Of a stretch of 56,330 nt of DNA, positions 33,254 through 45,113 are shown in pieces. Position 1 is the first letter of the stretch. Each line of letters starts with the position of its first letter. Where the stretch lies: assembly GCA_009886115.1 (NCBI GenBank), contig VFJJ01000021.1, positions 1-56,330 of the forward strand, given 5' to 3'. The position numbers and the translations under genes were made by a program. This DNA comes from Actinomycetota bacterium (GTDB lineage: Bacteria; Actinomycetota; Acidimicrobiia; IMCC26256; VFJJ01). The notes under the pieces are model-generated. The model worked only from the letters and a program-made list of their open reading frames with translations. It made no database searches and had not been told where the DNA came from.

Positions 33254-34821
33254 TGCCGTTCGTCCGTCCGTCCGTCGACTGGTACGCCATCGCACCCGAG
33301 ATCGCCATCTTCGGTGCCGGGCTGCTCATCGTGGCCTTCGCCGCCGTCACGCACCGCGCACCGATCCTGGCCCGCCTCCACCTGTGGGTCGCGCTCACCG
33401 GGGTGGCCGTCGCCGGGGCGTTCATCTTCCCCATCTGGCATCGCTGGAACGAGGGGCTCGAGGCAGTCGAACGCGTCCCCAGCTACACGACGCTCAACGG
33501 GGCGGTCTCCATCGACGGGGCCTCGATCTTCCTGAAGGTCGTGGTGCTCGTCGCCGTGGTGCTCGGGATCCTCGTCTCGTGGAGCTATCTGAAGCGCGAG
33601 AACCTCGAGAAGCCCGAGTACCTGGCGCTGTTGCTGTTCTCGGCGTCGGGCATGCTGATGATGACCTCGGCCAACGACCTGGTCGTGGTGTTCGTTTCGC
33701 TGGAGATCCTCTCGATCTCGTTGTACGTGCTGGCGGCTTTCCAGCGGGCCAAGGCCACGTCGCAGGAGGCGGCCATCAAGTACTTCGTGCTCGGGGCCTT
33801 CTCATCGGCGATCTTCCTGTACGGGGTGGCGCTCGTCTACGGCGCCACGGGCAGCACGAACCTCGCCCGGATCTCGGCCGTCATCAACCAGAGCCAGCTC
33901 CAGGGCTCCACGTACGACACGAAGCTGATCCTGGTCGGGATCATGTTGTTGCTCGTCGGGTTGGGGTTCAAGGTCGCGGCCGTCCCCTTCCACATGTGGA
34001 CGCCCGACGTGTACCAGGGGGCACCCACGCCGGTCACCGGGTTCATGGCGGCCGGGGCCAAGATCGCCGCGTTCGCCGCGCTGCTGCGGGCGTTCTCGGT
34101 CAGCTTCCAGGGAAACCAGGACGACTGGCGGCCCGCTCTGTGGGCTGTGACCGTGCTGACACTCGTGGTTGCCAGCGCCGTCGCGCTCGTGCAGAGCAAC
34201 GTGAAGCGGATGCTCGCCTACTCGTCGATCAGCCACGCCGGCTACATGCTCGTGGGCGTGCAGGTGGCCACGGTCAAAGGCACGGCGGCGGTCCTCACGT
34301 ACCTGTTCGTCTACACCTTCCTCACGCTCGGCACCTTCACCGTCGTGACGCTCATGGCCCGTGAGGGCGACGAAGGCCACGAGCTCACCGACTACCGCGG
34401 CCTGGCGGCTCGCGAGCCGCTGCTCGCGAAGTTGCTCACCCTGTTCTTGTTGGCGCAGGCCGGCATTCCGCTCACGTCGGGGTTCATCGCCAAGCTCAAG
34501 ATCTTCGAGGCCGCCGTCGATCGTGAGGTCTACTCGCTGGCGATCATCGGCATGCTGGCATCGGTGGTGGCGGCGTTCGTCTACCTCCGTCTCATCGTGA
34601 CCATGTTCACCGGGTCCGGGATCGACGAGCACCCCGACCCCGCCGACGATGCGGCCCGCGGCACCCACGGCGGGGGCACCGCAGTGGCGATCGCGGCGCC
34701 CCCTCGGGTGAAGGTCGACCTGGCCAGCGGCATCGTCCTGGCGCTGGCCGCGGCCGTCACGATCTTCGTCGGCATCCTCCCCAACGAGCTGCTGGAGTTC
34801 GCCGAACGAGCCGTCTTCTAG
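33250..34821 (+). CDS. nuoN: complex I subunit N (operon 1)
   Basis: EAAIKYF, PFHMWTPDVYQGAPTP, KRMLAYSSISH. Confidence 0.95.
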   Translation: MMPFVRPSVDWYAIAPEIAIFGAGLLIVAFAAVTHRAPILARLHLWVALTGVAVAGAFIFPIWHRWNEGLEAVERVPSYTTLNGAVSIDGASIFLKVVVLVAVVLGILVSWSYLKRENLEKPEYLALLLFSASGMLMMTSANDLVVVFVSLEILSISLYVLAAFQRAKATSQEAAIKYFVLGAFSSAIFLYGVALVYGATGSTNLARISAVINQSQLQGSTYDTKLILVGIMLLLVGLGFKVAAVPFHMWTPDVYQGAPTPVTGFMAAGAKIAAFAALLRAFSVSFQGNQDDWRPALWAVTVLTLVVASAVALVQSNVKRMLAYSSISHAGYMLVGVQVATVKGTAAVLTYLFVYTFLTLGTFTVVTLMAREGDEGHELTDYRGLAAREPLLAKLLTLFLLAQAGIPLTSGFIAKLKIFEAAVDREVYSLAIIGMLASVVAAFVYLRLIVTMFTGSGIDEHPDPADDAARGTHGGGTAVAIAAPPRVKVDLASGIVLALAAAVTIFVGILPNELLEFAERAVF

Positions 34822-34840
34822 GTCTCGGACCCTGCCTCTG

Positions 34841-35817
34841 TCAGCGGATGGTCATCGCCTGGTGGCAGCTCAGGGTCCAGGTCGCCACGGCGTCGAGGAG
34901 CTGGCGCGCCGCCGCGTGTTGGGCCTCTCCCAGATCGGTGTCATCGATCACCGCCGACAGAGCCTCGGGCAGGCGTGCGGCCATGTCGACGACGGCGGCG
35001 ATCAGCGGTTCGGGGTCGGCACCCACGGCAGCGGCCAGTCGTTCCCAGTGCCTGCGTGTGATCGCCGTCGGCCGGTACTCGCCCCCGATCTTCTGGGCCA
35101 TCTTCAGCTTCTTCGTATGGTTGTACGGCGCGACCGACGCGATGTCGTAGAGGGGTGCCAGGCGGACCTGCCGGCCCGACAGTAGGAGCGAGGAGTTCTT
35201 GGCGTGCGCATCCGTGCCGAGGATGAGCCAGTTCAGCGCGGCCGCGCGCAGGAGCGCATCGATGTCGGCTCTTGCCGATCGGATCTCGACCTCGTCGAGC
35301 AGCGACGCGATCGCCTCGATGCCCGGTCCCCCGTCGACCTGGTACTTCTGGTCGGGATGAACGGCGAGGGCCTGGCAGCAGTCCTCCTGGTGGATGCGAA
35401 CGACCACGCCGTCTCGAAGCACCCGGTCGTAGCGGCGGACCACGAGCGCCGGCTCGCCCGCGAAGCGCTGGAGCCTCCGTGTGGGCCACGCGCAGCCCGA
35501 GTTGCCCAGCGGCGCTCAGACAGAGGTGCTCGTTCGGGTCGTGATGATCGAGACCGGCGATGGCGGGCTTGAGGATGTGGGTCGTGGGACTGCGCCCCTC
35601 GGGAATCCCCCAGACGCCGGTCCGCTCGTCGTGGGCCAGGGCGATCTTGGCCTGGGCCCCGGCCAGGCTCCAGCGCCCGCGGCCCGCAAGGTGCCACGCC
35701 GACCCGTCGATGCGGACCGCTCGGAGACGCTCGGCGATGTCGTCCTCGGTGAGAGGCTCGATGTGGTCGTGGGAACGATCCTGGGGATCAGCCCATCCAG
35801 ATGTGGAGCTCAGCCAC
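34841..35817 (-). pseudogene. hipA: decayed HipA Ser/Thr kinase toxin
   Basis: VAELHIWMG* then an apparent deletion; SLAGAQAK, PTTHILKP, NEHLC, VRRYDR, HQEDCCQAL, DAHAKN, LAPLYD are distributed over shifted frames. Confidence 0.85.
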
Positions 35818-36073
35818 CAGTGTCACCGAGCAGCTCGTCGAGATCGATCCGGCCGTGCGCGACCGGAGCCGGCACGACATCGGCCACGAGGTCCAGCGCG
35901 GCGAGGGCCCGCAGCGCCAGACCCAGGTTGGCGCTCGACTTGCCCGCCTCGATGGCGATCACCCAGGCGCGCGTGGCCCCCATCTCCTGGGCCAGCTGGG
36001 CCTGGGTCCACCCCCGGGCCCGTCTTCCGCCCCGGATGACAGCGCCGAGGTCGCGAGGGTTCCGTACCTGCAT
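35810..36073 (-). CDS. hipB: HipB-like XRE/HTH antitoxin
   Basis: DLGAVIRGGRRARGWTQAQLAQEMGATRAWVIAIEAGK..IDLDELL; overlaps the hipA start. Confidence 0.85.
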   Translation of the reverse strand: MQVRNPRDLGAVIRGGRRARGWTQAQLAQEMGATRAWVIAIEAGKSSANLGLALRALAALDLVADVVPAPVAHGRIDLDELLGDTGG

Positions 36074-36074
36074 G

Positions 36075-36148
36075 ATGTCATCGTACGCGTACATCTACGG
36101 AATGGCAACGCTCGCTGACATTCTCGGGTCGTCAACGAACGATGACAT
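36075..36148. promoter_or_regulatory. three ATGTC-N10-GACAT-like operators at 27-bp period (probable HipB sites)
   Basis: ATGTC-N10-TACAT 36075, ATGGC-N10-GACAT 36102, TCGTC-N10-GACAT 36129; the first overlaps TACGAT -10, 6 nt before the hipB ATG. Confidence 0.7.
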
Positions 36149-36273
36149 CCGAGAATTCCCAGCACCTGTCGCTCAACCGTGAAAGGCGCCCTTCAGCGAC
36201 ATGTGCTCGACGGAGTGGTGCTCGCTCGCGTGGGGCCGTAACGCGCGCGCGACGAGCGCGTGACGAGCGCGGC

Positions 36274-37269
36274 TCAGCGGGGGCGGCGGATGCGGGACGG
36301 TCGACGCTGCTCGTCGGATTCCACGGGATGCTCGTCGAGGAAGCGGGCTGCATCGCGGTACGCGGTCTCGCCGATGTCGTCAGCGCCGGAGAAGTCGAAG
36401 ATCGTCCTGTCGTCGGCGGGGTGGGGGAGCTCGATCACCTCGATGTGCGCCGGGACGGAGCCGCGCTCGATCTCCCAGCGCTGCTTGCGGGCGATGGCGA
36501 ACGCCTGCAGGAGCGCGTCGCCGGGGTGACGGAGCTCGCGGGGCTTGATGACGCCCGACACGTTGAGCACGTACACGCGCACCGGCGCCGCCGATGATGC
36601 TCGGCCCGGCGCGATCGAGTGGGCGAAGGCGTGGGCGACGGGGACGTTGTTGACCACGGCTCCGTCGATGAAGCGTCGCCCGCCGTACTCCACGGGCGGC
36701 AGGAGACCGGGCAGGGCCGTCGATGCCATGAGCGCCGGCCGCAACAGGCCGGCGGCGAACACCGCCTCCTCGCCCGTCGCCAGATCGGTGGCGACGACCC
36801 GCAGCGGCACGGTGAGGTCATGGAACGAGCCGGCCGCGAACCGCTCGACGAGCGCGGCGATCCCGGTGTCGCGAATGAGATGGGTGTCCTTGCGCACCAC
36901 CTTCCACGTACGCGACCACCGTCCGCCCGGGAAGATGTCCTCGGCGGTGAGCGACGACCACACCTCGGCCAGGCGCGCGACGCTCGCCAGGGTCGGGTCG
37001 GCAGCCAGGGCCGAGCCGTTGAGCGCGCCCACCGACGTCCCCACGATCACGTCGGGCACGATCTCGCGCTCGAGCAGCGCGCGGAGCATGCCGACCTGGG
37101 CGACACCGTGGTTCCCCCCGCCCGACATGACGAACGCCACGGTGGGCCGCCCGGCCATCCGGCGCAGGCGCGCCTGGTCGGCTCGATGCCGCAGCCGTCT
37201 GAACGCCAGGGTGTGCATCGTGGAACGGTCCTCCGCGCGCATCGCGCGATCACGCTTGTCGTGCTGCAT
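36274..37269 (-). CDS. patatin-like phospholipase
   Basis: SGGGNHG, GTSVG, DGA motifs; GAGGGA RBS. Confidence 0.88.
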   Translation of the reverse strand: MQHDKRDRAMRAEDRSTMHTLAFRRLRHRADQARLRRMAGRPTVAFVMSGGGNHGVAQVGMLRALLEREIVPDVIVGTSVGALNGSALAADPTLASVARLAEVWSSLTAEDIFPGGRWSRTWKVVRKDTHLIRDTGIAALVERFAAGSFHDLTVPLRVVATDLATGEEAVFAAGLLRPALMASTALPGLLPPVEYGGRRFIDGAVVNNVPVAHAFAHSIAPGRASSAAPVRVYVLNVSGVIKPRELRHPGDALLQAFAIARKQRWEIERGSVPAHIEVIELPHPADDRTIFDFSGADDIGETAYRDAARFLDEHPVESDEQRRPSRIRRPR

Positions 37270-37412
37270 GGGTCCCTCGGTGAACATGTCGGCCCCGAAG
37301 TGCGACGGGCAAGGGGCGGGGGCAAGGTGCCTGCTCATCATGACTGAACATCGGTAGATCGGGGGGTCGGTCCCCATCGCGGCGCTTCCGTACGCGTCGT
37401 CGGTTGCCCGTC

Positions 37413-37435
37413 TCGTGAAGGCATTCACGTATACT
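37413..37435 (+). promoter_or_regulatory. Rex operator abutting the TATACT -10 of nuo operon 2
   Basis: TCGTGAA-GGCA-TTCACGT (palindromic CGTGAA-N4-TTCACG) followed by TATACT at 37430-35. Confidence 0.75.
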
Positions 37436-37617
37436 CGGCCGGCGTTGGCGAGGGGTTCGGGGGGTAACCGAGCCGAGAGGTGGTCGTACTACGATTCGCC
37501 CGGTGAGGCGGTCGGGGGCCGTCTCCCGGAACCCTGGGTTCTTGCCCAGCAGCGCACTGTTTCACGCCAGTTCGTGGCGGTCGACCGGGAGTCGGAGGGC
37601 AGCGTGATCGGAGGGCC

Positions 37618-38010
37618 ATGGCGATCCGGGCACTGACGGGGTCGGTGTACACCGACCACACGCAGGCGTACTTCGCCGTGTTCGTGTTCGCCCTCGCGGC
37701 CTTCGGCATGGTCGCCGCGATGCTCGGCCTCGGACGGCTGATCCGACCGAGCCGGCCTCAGGCCCAGAAGTACATCTCCTACGAGTCCGGTGCCGACCCG
37801 ATCGGTGGCTTCGGGCAGATGCACGTGCGCTACTACATCTACGCGCTGCTGTTCGTGATCTTCGACGTCGAGGCGGTCTTCATCTTCCCCTGGGCCGTCG
37901 AACTCGAGGCCCTCGGCGCCTTCGGTCTGGTCGAGATGGTCATCTTCGTCGGCATCCTCGTGTTCGGGCTGGCCTACGCGTGGCGCAAGGGAGTGCTCCG
38001 ATGGGCCTGA
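37618..38010 (+). CDS. nuoA: complex I-like subunit A (operon 2)
   Basis: [22 protein letters not shown]. Confidence 0.94.
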   Translation: MAIRALTGSVYTDHTQAYFAVFVFALAAFGMVAAMLGLGRLIRPSRPQAQKYISYESGADPIGGFGQMHVRYYIYALLFVIFDVEAVFIFPWAVELEALGAFGLVEMVIFVGILVFGLAYAWRKGVLRWA

Positions 38011-38528
38011 TCGAGTCGGGTCTGCTCCAGAAGAAGCCGCTCAAGCCGGTCTCGTGGCTGCTCAACTACAGCCGCAAGTACTCCCTGTGGACGTTCCAGT
38101 GGGGCCTGGCGTGTTGTGCCATCGAGATGGGCGCGGCCCTGGCCGGACCCCGTTACGACGTGATGCGTCTGGGCGTCATCCCCTTCCCCGCAAGTCCCCG
38201 CCAGGCCGACCTGGTCGTGGTCTCGGGGACGGTCACCGACAAGATGGCCCCGTCGGTGCTGCGGCTCTACGAGCAGATGCCCGACCCCAAGTACGTGATC
38301 TCGATGGGCTCGTGCGCCAACTGCGGCGGTCCCTACTGGGACTCCTACTCGGTGACCAAGGGGATCGACCAGATCATCCCGGTCGACGTCTACGTTCCCG
38401 GGTGCCCGCCGAGGCCCGAGGCGTTGATGGAAGCCATCGTGATCCTCCAGCAGCGCATCCAGAACGAGGGTGTCGGCAACGACGAGCTCCGCCAACGATG
38501 GCGGGGAGAGCACATTCTCGTCGACTAG
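38001..38528 (+). CDS. nuoB: complex I-like subunit B (operon 2)
   Basis: [34 protein letters not shown]. Confidence 0.95.
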   Translation: MGLIESGLLQKKPLKPVSWLLNYSRKYSLWTFQWGLACCAIEMGAALAGPRYDVMRLGVIPFPASPRQADLVVVSGTVTDKMAPSVLRLYEQMPDPKYVISMGSCANCGGPYWDSYSVTKGIDQIIPVDVYVPGCPPRPEALMEAIVILQQRIQNEGVGNDELRQRWRGEHILVD

Positions 38529-38612
38529 GCGTGAAGGTCGGTGGCGCTCACCGGGCAGTGGATGGGCGCGTGTCGCAGCAGCTTTCGCAGCAGGATTCCC
38601 GGGGGACTCCAG

Positions 38613-39317
38613 GTGGCAGACGAGCAGACGGTCGACGAGGCCGCGACAACCGAGGGCTCCACGAGCGTGGCGACGATCGACGCGGGGCCCGTCGCTGCCG
38701 TCGACAGCGCCATCGAAGCGCTGCGCGCTCGCGTCGTCGCCGAGCTGGGCTCGGCGGTGGTGGCCCACGAGATCAACCATGGGGTCGTGACCGTTCGGGT
38801 CACCACCGAGTCGTGGCGTCGTACCGCCGAGATCGTCCGGTCGAAGCTTGGCTTCGATTACCTCTCGTTCATCGCCGGCATCGACTGGATGCCCGCCCCC
38901 AAGGTGGGCGGCGAGGAGCTCGCCGGCGACACGTCGACGCCGGCCCAGCCGATGGAGCAGACCTACGGCGTCTGCGGCTCGGCCGGGCGCTTCCAGGTCT
39001 TCGCCGCCGTCACCTCGCTGTCTCGCAAGACGACGCTGGTGCTCAAGACCGACGTGTCCGAGACCGAGCCCATCGTGGCGTCGTGGGTCCCCGTCTATCC
39101 GGGCGCCGACTGGCACGAGCGTGAAACCTGGGAGATGTACGGGTTCCGTTTCGACGGCCATCCGGGGCTGCGGCACCTCTACCTTCCGGGTGAGTTCGAG
39201 GGGTTCCCGCTGCGCAAGGACTTCCCGCTGCTGGCCCGCGAGGTCAAGCCCTGGCCGGGCCTGGTCGACGTCGAGCCGATGCCGGGCGTCGCCGACGGCG
39301 ACGAAGGTGAGGAGTGA
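38613..39317 (+). CDS. nuoC: complex I-like subunit C (operon 2)
   Basis: WHERETWEMYG..GHP, FPLRKDF. Confidence 0.93.
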   Translation: MADEQTVDEAATTEGSTSVATIDAGPVAAVDSAIEALRARVVAELGSAVVAHEINHGVVTVRVTTESWRRTAEIVRSKLGFDYLSFIAGIDWMPAPKVGGEELAGDTSTPAQPMEQTYGVCGSAGRFQVFAAVTSLSRKTTLVLKTDVSETEPIVASWVPVYPGADWHERETWEMYGFRFDGHPGLRHLYLPGEFEGFPLRKDFPLLAREVKPWPGLVDVEPMPGVADGDEGEE

Positions 39318-39321
39318 GCTC

Positions 39322-40509
39322 GTGACGACCACCGAGATTCCCGGATCGCCCGACTTCGAGATCGACCCGCGGGCGTTGACCCCGCTGGCCGATCAGCGCC
39401 TCGACATCGAGCTCCAGTCCGAAGACATGGTCCTCAACATCGGCCCGCAGCATCCGGCGACGCACGGCACGTTGCGGGTCGTCGTGCGGCTCGACGGTGA
39501 ACGTGTCGTCTCGGCCGACCCGGTCATCGGCTACATGCACCGCGGCTACGAGAAGCTCACCGAGTACCGCACCTACCCCCAGGTGACGACGCTCATCAAC
39601 CGGATCGACTGGTTGTCGTCGTTCGCCAACGAGGTGCCGTTCATCCACGCCGCAGAGCGCATCATGGGCGTCGAGGCCCCGCCTCGGGCGGAGTGGATCC
39701 GCACGGCGCTCACCGAGCTCTCCCGCATCGCCACGTTCATCCTCTTCCTCGGCGAGATGGGCCTCCAGGTCGGGGCCATCACCCCGGCGTTCTACGGCTT
39801 CCGCGACCGCGAGCACGTCCTCAACCTCATCGAGGCCGTCACCGGCGGGCGCTTCCACCCCAACTTCAACCGCATCGGCGGCATCAAGGACGACCTGCCG
39901 GCGGGGTGGATCAACGAGACCCGCCGGGTCATGGGCCTGATGCTCGAGTCGTGCGACCAGTTCGAGGATCTGGTGGCGGGCAACGAGATCTTCCAGGCCC
40001 GCACCCGCGGCTGCGGCATCATCCCGGCCGACGTGGGTGCCGCCTACGGGGTCTCGGGCTCGAACCTGCGGGCTTCAGGCGTCGACTGGGACCTGCGCCG
40101 CGACGGTCAGCCGTACCTCGCCTACCGCGAGCTCGACTGGAAGGTTTTCACCCATCCCGACGGTGACACCTTCGCCCGCTACTGGGTGCGGCTGCAGGAG
40201 ACCCGCGAAGCGATCCGCATGGTGCTGCAGATCCTCGACGGCCTCCCGGCGGGCCCGGTCATGGCCAAGGTCCCCCGCATCATCAAGGTGCCGGCCGGTG
40301 AAGCCTGGGTGAACACCGAGAACCCGCTCGGCGAGATGGGGTACTACGTCATCTCGAAGGGGGCGACGGGCCCGTTCCGCGTGAAGATCCGCACGGCGTC
40401 GTTCAGCAACGTCTCGATCCTGCCCTGGTTGCTCAAGGGCGTGTACGTTCCCGATGTCGTGACCATCCTCGCCGGGCTCTACTTCATTCTCGGAGACATC
40501 GACCGATGA
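39322..40509 (+). CDS. nuoD: complex I-like subunit D (operon 2)
   Basis: IGPQHPATHG, GYMHRGYEK, RIDW, GDIDR; no NiFe CxxC motifs. Confidence 0.94.
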   Translation: MTTTEIPGSPDFEIDPRALTPLADQRLDIELQSEDMVLNIGPQHPATHGTLRVVVRLDGERVVSADPVIGYMHRGYEKLTEYRTYPQVTTLINRIDWLSSFANEVPFIHAAERIMGVEAPPRAEWIRTALTELSRIATFILFLGEMGLQVGAITPAFYGFRDREHVLNLIEAVTGGRFHPNFNRIGGIKDDLPAGWINETRRVMGLMLESCDQFEDLVAGNEIFQARTRGCGIIPADVGAAYGVSGSNLRASGVDWDLRRDGQPYLAYRELDWKVFTHPDGDTFARYWVRLQETREAIRMVLQILDGLPAGPVMAKVPRIIKVPAGEAWVNTENPLGEMGYYVISKGATGPFRVKIRTASFSNVSILPWLLKGVYVPDVVTILAGLYFILGDIDR

Positions 40510-41537
40510 TTGAGACTCTCGCGGTCGACTTGGCCTGGGGCTGGATCCTGGCCATCAAGACCGCCGTCGTCTTGAGCATCATCCCGTTCGGGGCGTTGCT
40601 GCTCGGGTACGTCTTCCTGCTCAAGATGATGAGCCACATGCAGAGCCGGCTCGGGCCCATGGACCCGGGTGGGTTCCACGGCTGGTTCCAGCTCATCGGT
40701 GACGGCATCAAGTTCCTCCAGAAGGAGGACATCACCCCCGAAGGTGCCGATCGACGGGTCTTCGCCCTGGCTCCGGCCATCATCTTGGTCTCGACGTTCC
40801 TCGTCTACATCGTGATTCCCGTCGGACCTCGCCTGATCGTGCGCGACCTCGACGTCGGCATCTTCTTCGCCTTGGCGGTGTCGTCGTTGTCGGTCATCGG
40901 TGTGCTCATGGCCGGCTGGGCCTCGGCCAACAAGTACGCCCTGATCGGGGCCTTGCGGGCCGCCGGTCAGCTCATCGCCTACGAGCTCCCGCTCGTGCTG
41001 GCCACCGTCGGCGTCGTCATCCAGGCCGGCACGATGAGCCTCCAGGGGATCGTGTACGCCCAGCAGAACGGCGAGATCTTCGGCTGGGGCGGCATCGGCA
41101 ACCCCTTCATCCTCACCCAGATCGTGGGTTTCCTCCTCTTCCTCACCGCGGCGCAGGCCGAGCTCACCCAGACGCCCTTCGACATGCCCGTCGCCGAGTC
41201 CGAGATCGTCGGCGGGTACTACGTCGAGTACACGGGCTTTCGCTTCCTCTTCTTCTTCATGGGCGAGTTCGGGACGGCGTTCGCCTTCGCCGGCATCGCG
41301 GCCACGCTGTTCCTGGGCGGCTGGTCGGTCCCCTGGGTCGACGGTACCGCCGCCGACGTGCTGGGCCCGATCGTGATGCTCACCAAGGTGATGCTCGTCT
41401 CGTTCCTCATCTTCTGGGTGCGGTTCACGTATCCGCGGTTCCGAGAAGACCAGCTGCAGTCGATCGCCTGGAAGTACCTCATCCCGCTCTCGCTCGTGAA
41501 CATCCTCGTCACCGGCATCCTGAAGGTGGCCATCTGA
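40506..41537 (+). CDS. nuoH: complex I-like subunit H (operon 2)
   Basis: [23 protein letters not shown]. Confidence 0.95.
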   Translation: MIETLAVDLAWGWILAIKTAVVLSIIPFGALLLGYVFLLKMMSHMQSRLGPMDPGGFHGWFQLIGDGIKFLQKEDITPEGADRRVFALAPAIILVSTFLVYIVIPVGPRLIVRDLDVGIFFALAVSSLSVIGVLMAGWASANKYALIGALRAAGQLIAYELPLVLATVGVVIQAGTMSLQGIVYAQQNGEIFGWGGIGNPFILTQIVGFLLFLTAAQAELTQTPFDMPVAESEIVGGYYVEYTGFRFLFFFMGEFGTAFAFAGIAATLFLGGWSVPWVDGTAADVLGPIVMLTKVMLVSFLIFWVRFTYPRFREDQLQSIAWKYLIPLSLVNILVTGILKVAI

Positions 41538-42031
41538 TGCCGAAGTTCCCCAAGCCCAAGCTTCCCGGCGTCATCAGCGGTCTCGGCATCACGTTCCGTA
41601 CGATGCTCAAGCCGGCGGTGACCGTCCAGTATCCGCACGAGAAGGAAGAGCCCGTCACCCGGGCTCGGGGCGTCATCGCGCTGAAGGAAGAGAACTGCAC
41701 GGCGTGCATGCTGTGTGGGCGATCGTGTCCCGACTGGTGCATCTACATCGAGGGGCACAAGGAGAAGCGCCCGCCGCGCCGAGCCGGGGGCAAGCCCCGC
41801 ACGGTGAACATCCTCGATCGCTTCGACATCGACTACGCGTTGTGCATGTATTGCGGGATCTGCGTCGAGGTCTGCCCGTTCGACGCCCTGTTCTGGACCC
41901 CTGAGTTCGAGTACTCAGAGAACCGCATCGCCGATCTCCTGCACGACATGGACCGGCTGGGCGAGTGGATGGCCACCGTCCCCACCCCACCGCCGCTCGA
42001 GGTCGGTGCGCTCGTGAAGGCGAAGAAGTAG
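41537..42031 (+). CDS. nuoI: complex I-like subunit I (operon 2)
   Basis: [24 protein letters not shown]. Confidence 0.95.
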   Translation: MPKFPKPKLPGVISGLGITFRTMLKPAVTVQYPHEKEEPVTRARGVIALKEENCTACMLCGRSCPDWCIYIEGHKEKRPPRRAGGKPRTVNILDRFDIDYALCMYCGICVEVCPFDALFWTPEFEYSENRIADLLHDMDRLGEWMATVPTPPPLEVGALVKAKK

Positions 42032-42525
42032 TGGGGCCCGAGAACGTCGTCTTCGCCGTCATCGCGGCGGCCATGGTCTTCTCGGCCATCCGGGTGGTCA
42101 CGACCCGCAACATCGTGCACGCCGCGCTGTACCTCGTGATCGTGCTGGCCGGGATCGCCGCGCAGTACATCCTCTTGGCCTCCGAGTTCTTGGCCTGGGT
42201 CCAGGTGCTCATCTACATCGGCGCGGTGCTGGTGCTGTTCCTGTTCGGGATCATGCTCACCAAGGCCCCCATGCGCGGCGACAACGACCTCGACAACGAC
42301 CAGCGCTGGCCGGCGGCGGTGGCGTCGCTGTTCCTCGCCGGGGTGTTGGGGACGATCCTCATCGACGGCTACGGCGACGTCGAGATCGCCGAGCCCGAGA
42401 AGATCGTGCGCACGGGTGATCTGGGCCGGTCGATCTTCCACGACTGGGTCATCCCCTTCGAGGTGGTCTCCATGCTCTTGTTGGGTGCGCTGATCGGCGC
42501 CATCGTGATCGCCCGGAGGGACTGA
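42031..42525 (+). CDS. nuoJ: complex I-like subunit J (operon 2)
   Basis: NIVHAAL, QVLIYIGAVLVLFLFGIML. Confidence 0.93.
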   Translation: MGPENVVFAVIAAAMVFSAIRVVTTRNIVHAALYLVIVLAGIAAQYILLASEFLAWVQVLIYIGAVLVLFLFGIMLTKAPMRGDNDLDNDQRWPAAVASLFLAGVLGTILIDGYGDVEIAEPEKIVRTGDLGRSIFHDWVIPFEVVSMLLLGALIGAIVIARRD

Positions 42526-42531
42526 CGCACG

Positions 42532-42834
42532 ATGGTGCTCAACCAGTTCCTCCTCCTCAGCCTCTTCTTGTTCTGCACCGGCGTCTACGGCGCGCTCGTG
42601 CGGCGCAACGGGGTGCTCGTGCTGATGAGCATCGAGTTGATGCTCAACGCCGCCAACCTCAACCTGGTGGCCTTCTCGGCGTTCTACAAGACCGAGATCT
42701 CCGGTCAGGTCTTCGCGCTGTTCGTCATCGCCATCGCGGCCGCCGAGGTGGGCGTGGGTCTGGCCATCGTCCTGCTCTTGTATCGCAACCTGTCGTCGGC
42801 CGATCTCGATCGTGCCGACTCGATGAAGGGCTGA
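42532..42834 (+). CDS. nuoK: complex I-like subunit K (operon 2)
   Basis: [19 protein letters not shown]. Confidence 0.95.
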   Translation: MVLNQFLLLSLFLFCTGVYGALVRRNGVLVLMSIELMLNAANLNLVAFSAFYKTEISGQVFALFVIAIAAAEVGVGLAIVLLLYRNLSSADLDRADSMKG

Positions 42835-42844
42835 GGGAACTCGA

Positions 42845-45052
<2,208 letters not shown>

Positions 45053-45113
45053 CACGGCCCGCGAACGTCGCCCGTCCCACACCTGAACGCATGAACCGAG
45101 AAGGATTCCCGGA

